A DNA stretch of 54,443 nucleotides, taken from a virus (Duplodnaviria; Heunggongvirae; Uroviricota; Caudoviricetes). This document shows, piece after piece, positions 29,527-38,703 of the stretch (position 1 is the stretch's first letter; each line of letters begins with the position of its first letter). Location of the stretch: the IMG/VR virus record IMGVR_UViG_2579778982_000031. One strand, 5' to 3'. A model generated the notes under the pieces. That model saw nothing but the letters and a program-made list of their open reading frames with translations. It ran no database searches and was not told the DNA's origin. A program made the position numbers and the translations under genes.

Positions 29527-30101
29527 GCAGCCCTCACAATGTAATTAAATGAAATATTACGTGGGCGTGTCTCTGCTGCACCGACAATACTGGTGCTCAA
29601 CCCCGTTGCCGTTCGTTTGTTATTTTTATTTCCTTCAATCAGACAGTTGTAATCATCATTACCAATTAACGAATTGGTGGCATCAATACTGTCCGGGGAC
29701 AAGGCATTAGTAGTGGAACTTAAAGTCAGCATCTCGTCTGAACTTGGAAGATTTTTTAATGGTGTTTCATTGCGTGAAATACCCGCGTAAAAAAAGGACT
29801 CATGCCTGTGAGCTTCAAAAGAGTCATCCTGAAGACTTAGCAAGGCTCGCCCCGCATCCACTCCACGTCCATCATCCCAGCCACGAATAAATTCACCGCG
29901 TAAATCAGGCAATTTATTGGTCGGGTAAGCCTTTGCCAGTTCCGGGTATTCTTCAGCAGAAAAAGCCGCACCATTGCATTTCAGCCAGCCTGTTGGCGGA
30001 GTGGCTGAAGGCCACGGAACAGGCACCCCAACCGGTAATGCAGAGCCTTCTCCCAAACCAACGTTTATGAAAATGCAGAAATAACGAGCAAATGGCATCA
30101 T
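29523..30101 (-). CDS. Alternative tail fibre C-terminal segment (silent in this orientation)
   Basis: Contains GWLKCNGAAFSAEEYPELAKAY...LPDLRGEFIRGWDDGRG, typical of Mu S/P2 H-type receptor-binding C-termini; 5' end crosses the right crossover repeat. Confidence 0.65.
   Translation of the reverse strand: MMPFARYFCIFINVGLGEGSALPVGVPVPWPSATPPTGWLKCNGAAFSAEEYPELAKAYPTNKLPDLRGEFIRGWDDGRGVDAGRALLSLQDDSFEAHRHESFFYAGISRNETPLKNLPSSDEMLTLSSTTNALSPDSIDATNSLIGNDDYNCLIEGNKNNKRTATGLSTSIVGAAETRPRNISFNYIVRAA
30046..30064. repeat. Right crossover site of the invertible tail-fibre segment
   Basis: Reverse complement of the 28150-28168 repeat (≥15 bp identical), just upstream of the invertase gene. Confidence 0.6.
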
Positions 30102-30127
30102 TCCTGCTTTTGTCAGGGAGATCTACC

Positions 30128-30682
30128 ATGCTTATTGGCTATGTACGTGTGTCAACAAATGACCAGAACACAGATCTACAACGTAATGCGCTGAACTGTG
30201 CAGGATGCGAGCTGATTTTTGAAGACAAGGTAAGCGGTACAAAGTCCGAAAGGCCGGGACTGAAAAAACTGCTCAGGACATTATCGGCAGGTGACACTCT
30301 GGTTGTCTGGAAGCTGGATCGGCTGGGACGTAGTATGCGGCATCTGGTCATTCTGGTTGAGGAGTTGCGCGAACGTGGCGTTAATTTTCGCAGCCTGACG
30401 GATGCTATTGATACCAGCACACCGATGGGGCGTTTTTTCTTTCATGTGATGGGTGCCCTGGCTGAAATGGAACGAGAACTGATTGTTGAACGAACAAAAG
30501 CTGGACTGGAAGCTGCTCGCGCACAGGGACGAATTGGTGGACGTCGTCCCAAACTTACACCAGAACAATGGGCGCAGGCCGGGCGATTAATTGCATCAGG
30601 CGTTCCTCGCCAGAAGGTGGCTATTATCTATGATGTTGGTGTGTCAACTTTGTATAAGAGGTTTCCAGCCAGGGTTATATAA
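30128..30682 (+). CDS. pin: Serine DNA invertase (Pin/Gin/Hin family)
   Basis: MLIGYVRVSTNDQNTDLQRNAL...VVWKLDRLGRSM...; catalytic Ser in the VRVST motif and C-terminal HTH; close from memory to e14 Pin. Confidence 0.9.
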   Translation: MLIGYVRVSTNDQNTDLQRNALNCAGCELIFEDKVSGTKSERPGLKKLLRTLSAGDTLVVWKLDRLGRSMRHLVILVEELRERGVNFRSLTDAIDTSTPMGRFFFHVMGALAEMERELIVERTKAGLEAARAQGRIGGRRPKLTPEQWAQAGRLIASGVPRQKVAIIYDVGVSTLYKRFPARVI

Positions 30683-31024
30683 AACCGCAGACATGTCGTA
30701 TGCAGGAGGTGTCGCGGTTGGCTGGTGAACTTTTGATAGTGCGAGTATTGAATGATTTCCAGCCGTTACTGATTTTACGCATTTTTGTATGAGAGGGTTT
30801 GCACCTCCTTCCACCGATTCTCCATGACTTTACGCCACTGTCTCTAGAACTGCTATGTGCCAACAGCAGACATTCATAGCACACAGTTTTGTTAACAACT
30901 AGAAATAAGTTTAGGAATAGTCGCGATATATCTATTAAAGATACAATCATTCAAATAAATGAGACATTTTCGGCATGCTGGGAAAAGTAATTAAAAATGG
31001 TGAAAGCCAATTATTTTTTATTAA

Positions 31025-31531
31025 TCAACTTTTAAACCATAAGTCATCTCGATAGAGTAGACTAATTTTCGTTGCATCTTTTGATGCTAGAGTCGTACAC
31101 TCTCCTTTATCAAACTCATCTAGACTCACAAATGTAAATTCGTCACCATTTTTTTCTTTCGGAAACACCATAAAGACTACTTCGAAAGTACAATCACTAT
31201 ACACATTTTTTAAGAATTGCTGAAGTGCTCTATACTTTCCTATTTCACAATCAGTAAGTGTAAAGGAGGTACACCCATCTGTTGAGTGATACTTCGCATC
31301 TAAAAGAATATAAGAGGATTCGTCAGCGTCAATAATGAAATCGGGGCGTTTCCCCCCATATGATTTCAAGTTTGCAGATAAAGTATTTATTCCTTGCTCA
31401 ACATGTTCAAATTTCCACTTGGATTTTTCCAGCCATCTACTAGCATATTTCTCACCATCTTGACCAGCCGTTATAGAGTATTGTTTTCTTAATGCGCTGC
31501 ACATTTCGTCTAAATTTAACATAAATTCCAT
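31025..31531 (-). CDS. Hypothetical protein with PD-(D/E)xK nuclease-like motif
   Basis: AT-rich ORF; putative motif ...E...RPDFIIDADESSYILLDAKY (PD...D-A-K spacing). ATG chosen at MEFML. Motif assignment is by eye only. Confidence 0.4.
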   Translation of the reverse strand: MEFMLNLDEMCSALRKQYSITAGQDGEKYASRWLEKSKWKFEHVEQGINTLSANLKSYGGKRPDFIIDADESSYILLDAKYHSTDGCTSFTLTDCEIGKYRALQQFLKNVYSDCTFEVVFMVFPKEKNGDEFTFVSLDEFDKGECTTLASKDATKISLLYRDDLWFKS

Positions 31532-31799
31532 GTTCCTTTTTTTTAGTATAATTATTAACATCGGCAGTATTTAATAATTCTTTAAAAATAAATTTTCAGG
31601 CTCATACCAATTATATCTTCAAGCATTATTATCAAGCATATTCGAGACCTCTGCAATTCGCTCACAGCGGATCTCGCCTAGCGAGCAGGTCTGCTCAGTG
31701 CCATAATTAGTCTCATCAGCAGACTATAGTTGTGCTCAATCGGAGACATGTGGCAAACATGAGGAACATTATGTCCGTCAAAGAGTTTTCGTAGCTTAG

Positions 31800-32015
31800 G
31801 CATTTCGATGCTGGCAACGGGTCAGTGTAACGCTTACTATATCGGTCCACTTTAGTCTTAAGGGTTCAATATGGCGTTGCACCTATTGTCCGCTGACCAA
31901 GAATCTTCGGGTGATTCAACTTCTGTTGGGTCATAAGAAACTGGAAAGCACATTCCGTTATCTGGGCATTGAAGTCGATGATGCGTTAGAGATCTCTGAA
32001 TCGATTGAAGTCTAA
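31800..32015 (+). pseudogene. Tyrosine-recombinase (lambda Int-like) C-terminal remnant
   Basis: Frame ending at TAA 32013-32015 encodes ...VIQLLLGHKKLESTFRYLGIEVDD..., matching the LLGHK-x6-RY catalytic-Tyr box of lambda-type integrases; in-frame stop at 31797 and no N-terminal domain. Confidence 0.35.
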
Positions 32016-32121
32016 GGTTGTCAGGGCTGCAACAGCAGCCCTGTGCCAGGAGCAGACGTTAACGACCAAGCATTGGCGGCAATTGAGCTCAGCGCAATTG
32101 CCGTTCAAGTGCAACTCCGTT

Positions 32122-34875
32122 CTATTTGATTGCTGCATTGATTCGTTTATATCTTTGGGTAAAGGCCTCTTTGCCACCTTCCATCACTCGGCATATCTCA
32201 TCGCGTATGGAAGGTTCTTGAAGACCCCCTTGCGCCACAATTCTGGTTTGACCAGACCGAATATCAAGGGCAATGACGTTTTCCGCGTCACCATTCACGA
32301 CGATGTTAGCGTTGTGCGTGACTACTAAAACCTGCCGTTTTTGTTTGATCTCACGCAATTGCGTCACGATAAGATCATAGATTAAGTGGTTATCAAGATC
32401 ATCCTCAGGCTGATCAAGTATAAGAGGCTCATTGCCATATGAAAGGATAAATGCAAGGAGAGCCGCCGTTTTTTGCCCCGGAGATCCTTGCTCTACGGGT
32501 TTGAAACTCTCGCCGTTCTTGAGGCTATATCTGATATCCAGAGAATCGCCTGGAAACCAGCACTGAATTCGATCTATCTGTTCCGGAGTTAGCCCCTGAA
32601 TGAGGGATACAAAACGTCGATCTTTGCAGGATTCCACCGCCATAGTATCGTTTTCATGGATTGCAAGTAGCGATGATTTTATTTTCTCAATTTTATCATC
32701 CATAGTATTGGATTGGTCTTGCGTTAAATAAGCCAGCAAGCCCTCATCCCCGTCAACAACTCCAATGTCGCGGTCAAATCCGCCACCACTGCGGCCGATC
32801 AGGTTACGGAATTCTTCCTCAACCGTAATCTTGTTTCCAAACGGAATGACATTGATCTGTACATATGAATTGCCGACGAGAGTATCCTTGAGAAAGTCCT
32901 CACGAAGTTTGGTTATCAATGCTCGATGCTCATGGAGTTTGACCAAGTATTCTTCCGCGCTCTTCTGATGCTGCGCAAGAGTTTCTCTCTTTTTGTCGAA
33001 TCCCTTGAGCTTATCTTCGAAATCTTGTCGCTGCTTAACCAGAACACCATATGCAGATGGATCACCTGCGTCTGCTGCGCTGAGTTGACCGAGGAGGGCG
33101 TTGTATTCATGGCTCGCCGCTGTAATTCTTTTCGATATTCCCAAGTCTGATCGAGTTTGATTCCATGAGTTCTTCACATCATCAATCCGCTGCGCGATCG
33201 AGTTCATCTCTGTCTGAAGCTTCTCAAACGTCGCACGGATGTCCTTGATGGTATCGAAGAGTTCTTTGTCATCCGCATTCCCAATGTCGAAATATTGTAA
33301 ATCCAATTCTGCTGGCAGTAGGCTTCCAGAAATATCTCGGACCTGTTCGGCGGAATCCTCCCAAGTCGTTACCCAGGAGTCCATAGCCTTACTCTGGTTC
33401 TGTCTGAGTTGGTAAGCCTTAAGGACATCCGCGTGGCCCGCCTTTTCAAAAACATCGAGTTTGCGTTTGACGTCTTCAAGCTGACCTTTGGTTACCGATT
33501 CTTCCTGAAGCCCAGCCTGAACTTCACGCTCTTGGGCGCGAAGCGAGAGATATTTGGAAACCAGTTCATCCCACTTAAGCTGCCAATCACGATGATTGAC
33601 CTCCGGGGCATCATCGACAACCTGCAAGAGTGCTTGGGGATGCTTTGCCAATTCGAATATCTGTTTCTGGCTGTAAATCCTGACAGGAAATCGTTGTGCT
33701 ATGTCTCCCTCGGAATCACACCAGACTCCGGGAGCGGTCTCTTCCTCGATGCTGTATATGTCGTCGGTATTAGACCAGGTGATTCGGAAACGGCCACCGT
33801 CTTTTCGAAAGCCTACAGTTATTTTCGTGGAATCTTTTAACAGCCCTTCATCTTGGCGGTCTTTCGAAGTTTGACTGTATTTGGTAAATTCCTTTTCAAG
33901 GCTCTTGGGGATTTCTCCCTTTCGTTTAAGAGCAATCCGCAGGAATTCCAACGAAGTCGATTTCCCAGTGCCTCGTCCACCAATGATAGTGTTGAGCCAG
34001 GGGTTCAGTTGACAAGTTAAAGATTGCCCTCGTCCTAAGTACTTCGCATCATCAACCACGATACTTTCGATGGCAAGTTGTCCATGGATATTTGGGTCAC
34101 CAGTGAAGTTGTCCGACCGCTTCAGTGAAAGAGCCCCATCAACGAGCGCCAGCCGTAATCCGTCATAAGATGGCTCCGACATTTTTACCCAAGTGAAATG
34201 GCTACCCGGGTAGCGTTGATTTCCGGTACCGGACGGATGATGGGAATCGGTTCCAAGAATCTCTGCCCAATTCAAATTCTTGCCAATATAGAGCTGCGGT
34301 TTTGCTTTAGCAAGGTCCGTTACCTCCATAGCAAAAACACATTTGTTGTCAAGCACCTGCTCTAGTGTGTTGCCCGTACAGACCGTAAAAAGTCCGCTAG
34401 CCTGATCTACATGAGCAGGTATTGCAAGTCCTCCTGACCTAGCAATTTCGTCGATCACCTCAACTGCTGAGCATTCAGAGCAGCCGTCGCTCTTTCCTTT
34501 GGTGCCGCGATACCTGACCGCACCAAGCAGTGAGTCGATATCAGAGGTTGTCTTGTCTTCGCCGAAAATGGCCAGAATATGGATATTCCCCTGAACAGTA
34601 AGCTCAACACCTGGGAATAAGTAGAGTGGTCGATAATCTTCATGACTCTCAGATGCCAGTTCCTTGAGTGCCTGCTTGAGCGGATCAATCCAAGCGCCTG
34701 AATTATGGTCCGTGACAGCGACACAATCGATGCCTTGTCGCATGTAGTTGAGCAGCCAATCTTTATGAGTGATCTGCATATACTGGGCCTGATTAGGGCC
34801 TTTTCCATAATCGTCCGATGCCGGAGTGTGATTATGGAAGTCGAATTTCCACCACCGAGAACCAATCCAGTTCAT
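32122..34875 (-). CDS. PHP-domain phosphoesterase fused to SMC/ABC-like ATPase (Ppl-like candidate anti-phage protein)
   Basis: N-terminal PHP motifs (FDFHNHTPASDDYG, AVTDHNS, IPAHVD); Walker A GGRGTGKSTSLEFL; long coiled-coil region; Walker B/D-loop LILDQPEDDLD and H-loop VVTHNANIV. 917 aa. Confidence 0.6.
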   Translation of the reverse strand: MNWIGSRWWKFDFHNHTPASDDYGKGPNQAQYMQITHKDWLLNYMRQGIDCVAVTDHNSGAWIDPLKQALKELASESHEDYRPLYLFPGVELTVQGNIHILAIFGEDKTTSDIDSLLGAVRYRGTKGKSDGCSECSAVEVIDEIARSGGLAIPAHVDQASGLFTVCTGNTLEQVLDNKCVFAMEVTDLAKAKPQLYIGKNLNWAEILGTDSHHPSGTGNQRYPGSHFTWVKMSEPSYDGLRLALVDGALSLKRSDNFTGDPNIHGQLAIESIVVDDAKYLGRGQSLTCQLNPWLNTIIGGRGTGKSTSLEFLRIALKRKGEIPKSLEKEFTKYSQTSKDRQDEGLLKDSTKITVGFRKDGGRFRITWSNTDDIYSIEEETAPGVWCDSEGDIAQRFPVRIYSQKQIFELAKHPQALLQVVDDAPEVNHRDWQLKWDELVSKYLSLRAQEREVQAGLQEESVTKGQLEDVKRKLDVFEKAGHADVLKAYQLRQNQSKAMDSWVTTWEDSAEQVRDISGSLLPAELDLQYFDIGNADDKELFDTIKDIRATFEKLQTEMNSIAQRIDDVKNSWNQTRSDLGISKRITAASHEYNALLGQLSAADAGDPSAYGVLVKQRQDFEDKLKGFDKKRETLAQHQKSAEEYLVKLHEHRALITKLREDFLKDTLVGNSYVQINVIPFGNKITVEEEFRNLIGRSGGGFDRDIGVVDGDEGLLAYLTQDQSNTMDDKIEKIKSSLLAIHENDTMAVESCKDRRFVSLIQGLTPEQIDRIQCWFPGDSLDIRYSLKNGESFKPVEQGSPGQKTAALLAFILSYGNEPLILDQPEDDLDNHLIYDLIVTQLREIKQKRQVLVVTHNANIVVNGDAENVIALDIRSGQTRIVAQGGLQEPSIRDEICRVMEGGKEAFTQRYKRINAAIK

Positions 34876-35237
34876 TTGTACCGTTCCTATTCTTTTTATT
34901 AGTGCGTCTGCGCGAGGTCGCTAACTTTGCAAACTAGATTACCTTGTAAGGTTGGAAAGTCCAACGTCCGCTGTTCGTCATAGCAGACATTCACTACAGT
35001 TATGGCAGAAAGGTATGCATGTTGAGGTGGGAAAGTCGTGAAAGAAAAGAAAACTGCTGCGCTGTTTGTCGTCACGTTTATCTTCATTGGCTATGCAAGT
35101 CATAATACAAGGTGGGACAAAACTGAGACACATAAGGCCTCACAATGGCTTGCAAGGCTTTACATGTTTTGATGTGGTGGGACGTGTGAGCGCAGTGTTG
35201 ATGGGGTAATGCTTTGAATTAGAAGCGGATTCTTATA

Positions 35238-35283
35238 ATTCGTAATGCGAAGGTCGTAGGTTCGACTCCTATTATCGGCACCA
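35238..35283 (+). tRNA. 3' fragment of tRNA-Thr(CGU) (thrW-like), candidate att site; not an intact tRNA
   Basis: ATTCGTAATGCGAAGGTCGTAGGTTCGACTCCTATTATCGGCACCA matches the anticodon-loop-to-CCA half of enterobacterial tRNA-Thr(CGU) as recalled; the 5' half is absent upstream. Confidence 0.6.
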
Positions 35284-35300
35284 TTCAAACATCTCCCCAA

Positions 35301-35385
35301 GTCTACTAAAGTCTTTCAAAACCCCTTATAATCCGCGTATTAAAGCCCCGTTCGTCTTTTGACGTCTACTAAAGTCCCTCAAAAT
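35301..35385. repeat. Two ~22-bp direct repeats between the att fragment and the integrase gene
   Basis: GTCTACTAAAGTCTTTCAAAAC (35301-35322) and GTCTACTAAAGTCCCTCAAAAT (35364-35385), 20 of 22 identical; candidate integrase arm-type sites or operator repeats. Confidence 0.4.
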
Positions 35386-35448
35386 CTACGGTCAGATGGG
35401 GGTACTTATGGGGGTATTTGCTGTTCGGTTTAGTGGAGGTACCCCCAA

Positions 35449-36663
35449 GTGAAACTCAATGCCCGTCAAATAGACACAGCCAAGCCAAAAGAGAAGGCTT
35501 ACAAGCTGACCGATGGTGGCGGTTTGTATCTCTTGGTAAAACCTAATGGAGGTAAATACTGGCGACTTAAATATCGTGTAGCTGGTAAAGAGAAGCTATT
35601 GGCACTAGGTGTGTATCCTGAGGTTACTCTAGCCGATGCTCGGGCAAAACGTGAAGATGCGAAAAGAGGTATCGCTGGTGGTATCGATCCGATGGAAGCG
35701 AAACGAGAGGAAAAGATTGCCCGGGAAACGCAGTTAAACAACACCTTCAAAGATATTGCCCTTGAGTGGCACAGCAGCAAATTAAAAAAATGGTCTGATG
35801 GTTATGCTTCAGACATCCTCGAAGCCTTCAACAAAGATGTGTTCCCTTACATTGGCAAAAAACCCATCGCCGAAATCAAACCACTTGAACTTCTGAATGT
35901 GCTGCGTCGCATCGAGGGGCGCGGTGCTACAGAAAAAGCCAAAAAAGTGAGGCAACGGTGCGGGGAAGTTTTCCGCTATGCAATAGTCACTGGTCGCGCA
36001 GAGTATAACCCTGCACCAGACCTTACTAGCGCGATGCAAGGCCATGAATCTAATCATTACCCTTTCCTTACAGCCAAAGAATTACCTGATTTTTTCAAGG
36101 CATTGTCCAGTTACTCAGGAAGCGCATTGGTTGTTATGGCGGCTCGTCTACTGATTATCACCGGCTTGCGGACTGGCGAACTACGTGGCGCATTATGGGA
36201 TGAAATTGATTTCAACAAGGCTATCTGGGAGATACCCGCTTCACGTATGAAAATGCGGCGGCCTCATATTGTGCCATTGTCTGAGCAGGCTCTTTCGCTT
36301 ATTGGGAAGATTAGAGAAATAACAGGCAATTACCCTCTTATGTTTCCCGGGCGCAATGATCCAAGGAAAACAATGAGCGAGGCCAGCATAAACCAAGTGT
36401 TTAAGCGCATTGGCTACGCTGGACGTGTAACTGGTCATGGGTTCCGGCACACTATGAGTACGATTTTGCATGAGCAGGGCTATAACACCGCGTGGATAGA
36501 AACGCAGCTCGCTCACGTTGATAAGAACTCAATTCGTGGCACATACAACCATGCGCAATATCTGGATGGAAGGCGGGAGATGCTTCAATGGTATGCCGAC
36601 TATATGGATTCTCTCGAGCATGGCGGAAATGTGGTGCATATGGTGTTTGAAAAACACGCATGA
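35449..36663 (+). CDS. int: Tyrosine integrase, P4-like
   Basis: N-terminal DUF4102-type arm-binding region (LTDGGGLYLLVKPNGGKYWRLKYR); catalytic box GHGFRHT...; next to a tRNA 3' fragment; GTG start after GGAGGT. Confidence 0.85.
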   Translation: MKLNARQIDTAKPKEKAYKLTDGGGLYLLVKPNGGKYWRLKYRVAGKEKLLALGVYPEVTLADARAKREDAKRGIAGGIDPMEAKREEKIARETQLNNTFKDIALEWHSSKLKKWSDGYASDILEAFNKDVFPYIGKKPIAEIKPLELLNVLRRIEGRGATEKAKKVRQRCGEVFRYAIVTGRAEYNPAPDLTSAMQGHESNHYPFLTAKELPDFFKALSSYSGSALVVMAARLLIITGLRTGELRGALWDEIDFNKAIWEIPASRMKMRRPHIVPLSEQALSLIGKIREITGNYPLMFPGRNDPRKTMSEASINQVFKRIGYAGRVTGHGFRHTMSTILHEQGYNTAWIETQLAHVDKNSIRGTYNHAQYLDGRREMLQWYADYMDSLEHGGNVVHMVFEKHA

Positions 36664-37054
36664 AACAACTGGACAAGTATACAGAGGTTTACTAAAGTAT
36701 AGGGGAGTAGATTGATAAAAACTCACAGAGGATTGCTATTTAACAGTTAGCCCTGGAGAAGGGCAATCGCTCTTTTATAAACGAAGGTGTATTGAGCCTT
36801 CTACGTCGCTGACAAAGCGGAATGTTCTTTAAAACTACTGGATGTCACGCCTAATAGCGTGATCCTGCCGAAATGCAGGGTAGCTCTACCCTTGTGGAGC
36901 AAACAAACCAAAACAATCTGACTATCTTTTATAAAAGACCGCAATATGTTTTTCATATTGTGGTCTTTGGCGTATTCGACATTTGACGCAAATAAAACTC
37001 TCGCCATTCGTTGCAGGAGGGGGTTATTGCGTCATTAGTACAGGATATTAATAA

Positions 37055-37258
37055 ATGGCTAATTACAATTCATTAATTCGTCTCTCTGAAGTTCAAAGGC
37101 GAACTGGTTATAGCAAAGCATGGATTTATCGTCTTATTAGTCAGGGGAGGTTCCCTAAACAGGTAAAAATTGGAAGTCGGGCAATTGCTTTTGTTGAGTC
37201 TGAAATAGATGAATGGATTGAGAAGTGTATATTAGAATCTAGAGACGAGGTGGCCTGA
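37055..37258 (+). CDS. alpA: AlpA-family transcriptional regulator / excisionase-like
   Basis: 67 aa; LSEVQRRTGYSKAWIYRLISQGRFPKQVKIGSRAIAFVESEIDEWI is a typical AlpA/Vis HTH. Confidence 0.75.
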   Translation: MANYNSLIRLSEVQRRTGYSKAWIYRLISQGRFPKQVKIGSRAIAFVESEIDEWIEKCILESRDEVA

Positions 37259-37689
37259 TGGAAAAGAAAAACCGCCCATTACAGGCGGCTAATTCAGATA
37301 TTCGTGTATCTGATGTTACGCCCCTTACAAAATCCCTTCAAGCACCAAAGCGTACACCGAAAAAGCATCGTGCCAGAGTCTATATGCTGCGTACTGGTAT
37401 AGAGGGATGGACAGAAAATGACATTCTTCGCTACTGCCGTCTGTCTTCTGGTCGTAACTATGCAACAGAGTTAGAACGCCAGCTTGGAATCACTCTGGAG
37501 CGTATCGACGAAAAGAATCCTGATGGTATCGGAACACACCTTCGCTACCGTTTCTCCTGCCGTGGTGATGTTCTGAAAGTGATCACTCATATTAACCATC
37601 TTGCGAACATAAATGATCACAACGGACTTTCTCAGCAGGAAATTGCCGACATTCTGAAACTCTACCCGGACGCGTTTAACGCCGCCTAA
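37258..37689 (+). CDS. Hypothetical protein
   Basis: 143-aa ORF, ATGA-coupled to alpA. Confidence 0.4.
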   Translation: MEKKNRPLQAANSDIRVSDVTPLTKSLQAPKRTPKKHRARVYMLRTGIEGWTENDILRYCRLSSGRNYATELERQLGITLERIDEKNPDGIGTHLRYRFSCRGDVLKVITHINHLANINDHNGLSQQEIADILKLYPDAFNAA

Positions 37690-37701
37690 CGGAGACTGAA
37701 A

Positions 37702-38535
37702 ATGAACATCGAAAAAAGCAGATTAATTTCTGAGGCTGCCCCTCATCTGAACGCCTCTCTGGGCACAATTAACGGTAATGAATTTGCCGCAATTGTCCCG
37801 GTTATTCCTGGTCATATCGGTGGGCGTGAAACCAATATTGTTAGCGCAAAAGCGTTACACAAAGCGTTGGGCGTGGGAAAAGACTTCTCTACATGGATCA
37901 CTGATCGCATCTCTGAATATGACTTCACCATTGGGCACGATTACTCAGTCCATAAAACAATTTCCCCAAATTTGGGGAAAAGCCCGAATGGCGCGGCTTA
38001 CAGCAAGATTAAGCAGTCTGGCAGACCCGGCAAAGACTATCTGTTAAGTGTCGGAATGGCGAAAGAACTGGCAATGATCGAACGCAATGATCAGGGTCGC
38101 GCTATCCGTCGTTATTTCATCCAGTGCGAGGAAGAATTACAGCGTAGCGTGCCTGAAATCGCCGCCCGCTATCGTCGCCAGCTAAAAGCCCGTATTAGTG
38201 CCGCAAACAACTTTAAGCCAATGTGCGATGCGCTGAATATGGCCCGTGCCGAGCAGGGGAAAACGACGCAGCAACACCACTACACAAACGAGAGCAATAT
38301 GATTTCTCGTATCGTTCTTGGTGGGCTAACTGCTAAGCAGTGGGCGCGGATAAATGGCTATTCTGGCGAACCTCGCGACCATATGAACGCAGAACAGCTT
38401 GAGCACCTCTCATATCTCGAAAGCACCAATATCACGTTAATTGATATGGGCATGGAATATGAGCAGCGCAAAGGAGAACTCACCCGCCTGTCGCAACGCT
38501 GGCTCGCCAAGCGTCTGGAGGCGGTCCATGTTTAA
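37702..38535 (+). CDS. Phage antirepressor-like protein (AntA/KilAC-like)
   Basis: N-terminal region resembles AntA-type antirepressor domains (NGNEFAAIVPVIPGHIGG...VSAKALHKALGV); assignment tentative. Confidence 0.45.
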   Translation: MNIEKSRLISEAAPHLNASLGTINGNEFAAIVPVIPGHIGGRETNIVSAKALHKALGVGKDFSTWITDRISEYDFTIGHDYSVHKTISPNLGKSPNGAAYSKIKQSGRPGKDYLLSVGMAKELAMIERNDQGRAIRRYFIQCEEELQRSVPEIAARYRRQLKARISAANNFKPMCDALNMARAEQGKTTQQHHYTNESNMISRIVLGGLTAKQWARINGYSGEPRDHMNAEQLEHLSYLESTNITLIDMGMEYEQRKGELTRLSQRWLAKRLEAVHV

Positions 38536-38703
38536 GCCGACAGGAACACCACAACCCCAAAAACGCTACAAAGATGCCCACGGAGCACTCGTTACTGTCG
38601 AAAGCGTGTCTCACAACCGAGTGACGTTTTATCGCGACGGGTATCAATCGCCATGCGTACAACTGCTGGCGCGCTTCATGAAGGAGTTCGCGGAGGTTAA
38701 CAA

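Noticed and set aside
32005-32328. 107-aa + strand ORF overlapping the integrase remnant and the Ppl-like gene
   Set aside because: It is antisense to the 3' end of the strongly supported 917-aa gene and has low-complexity composition; the int-like signal is in a different frame.
35160-35283. Possible intact tRNA gene upstream of the integrase
   Set aside because: Only the 3' half (anticodon loop to CCA) matches tRNA-Thr; the upstream sequence cannot form the 5' acceptor and D arms.
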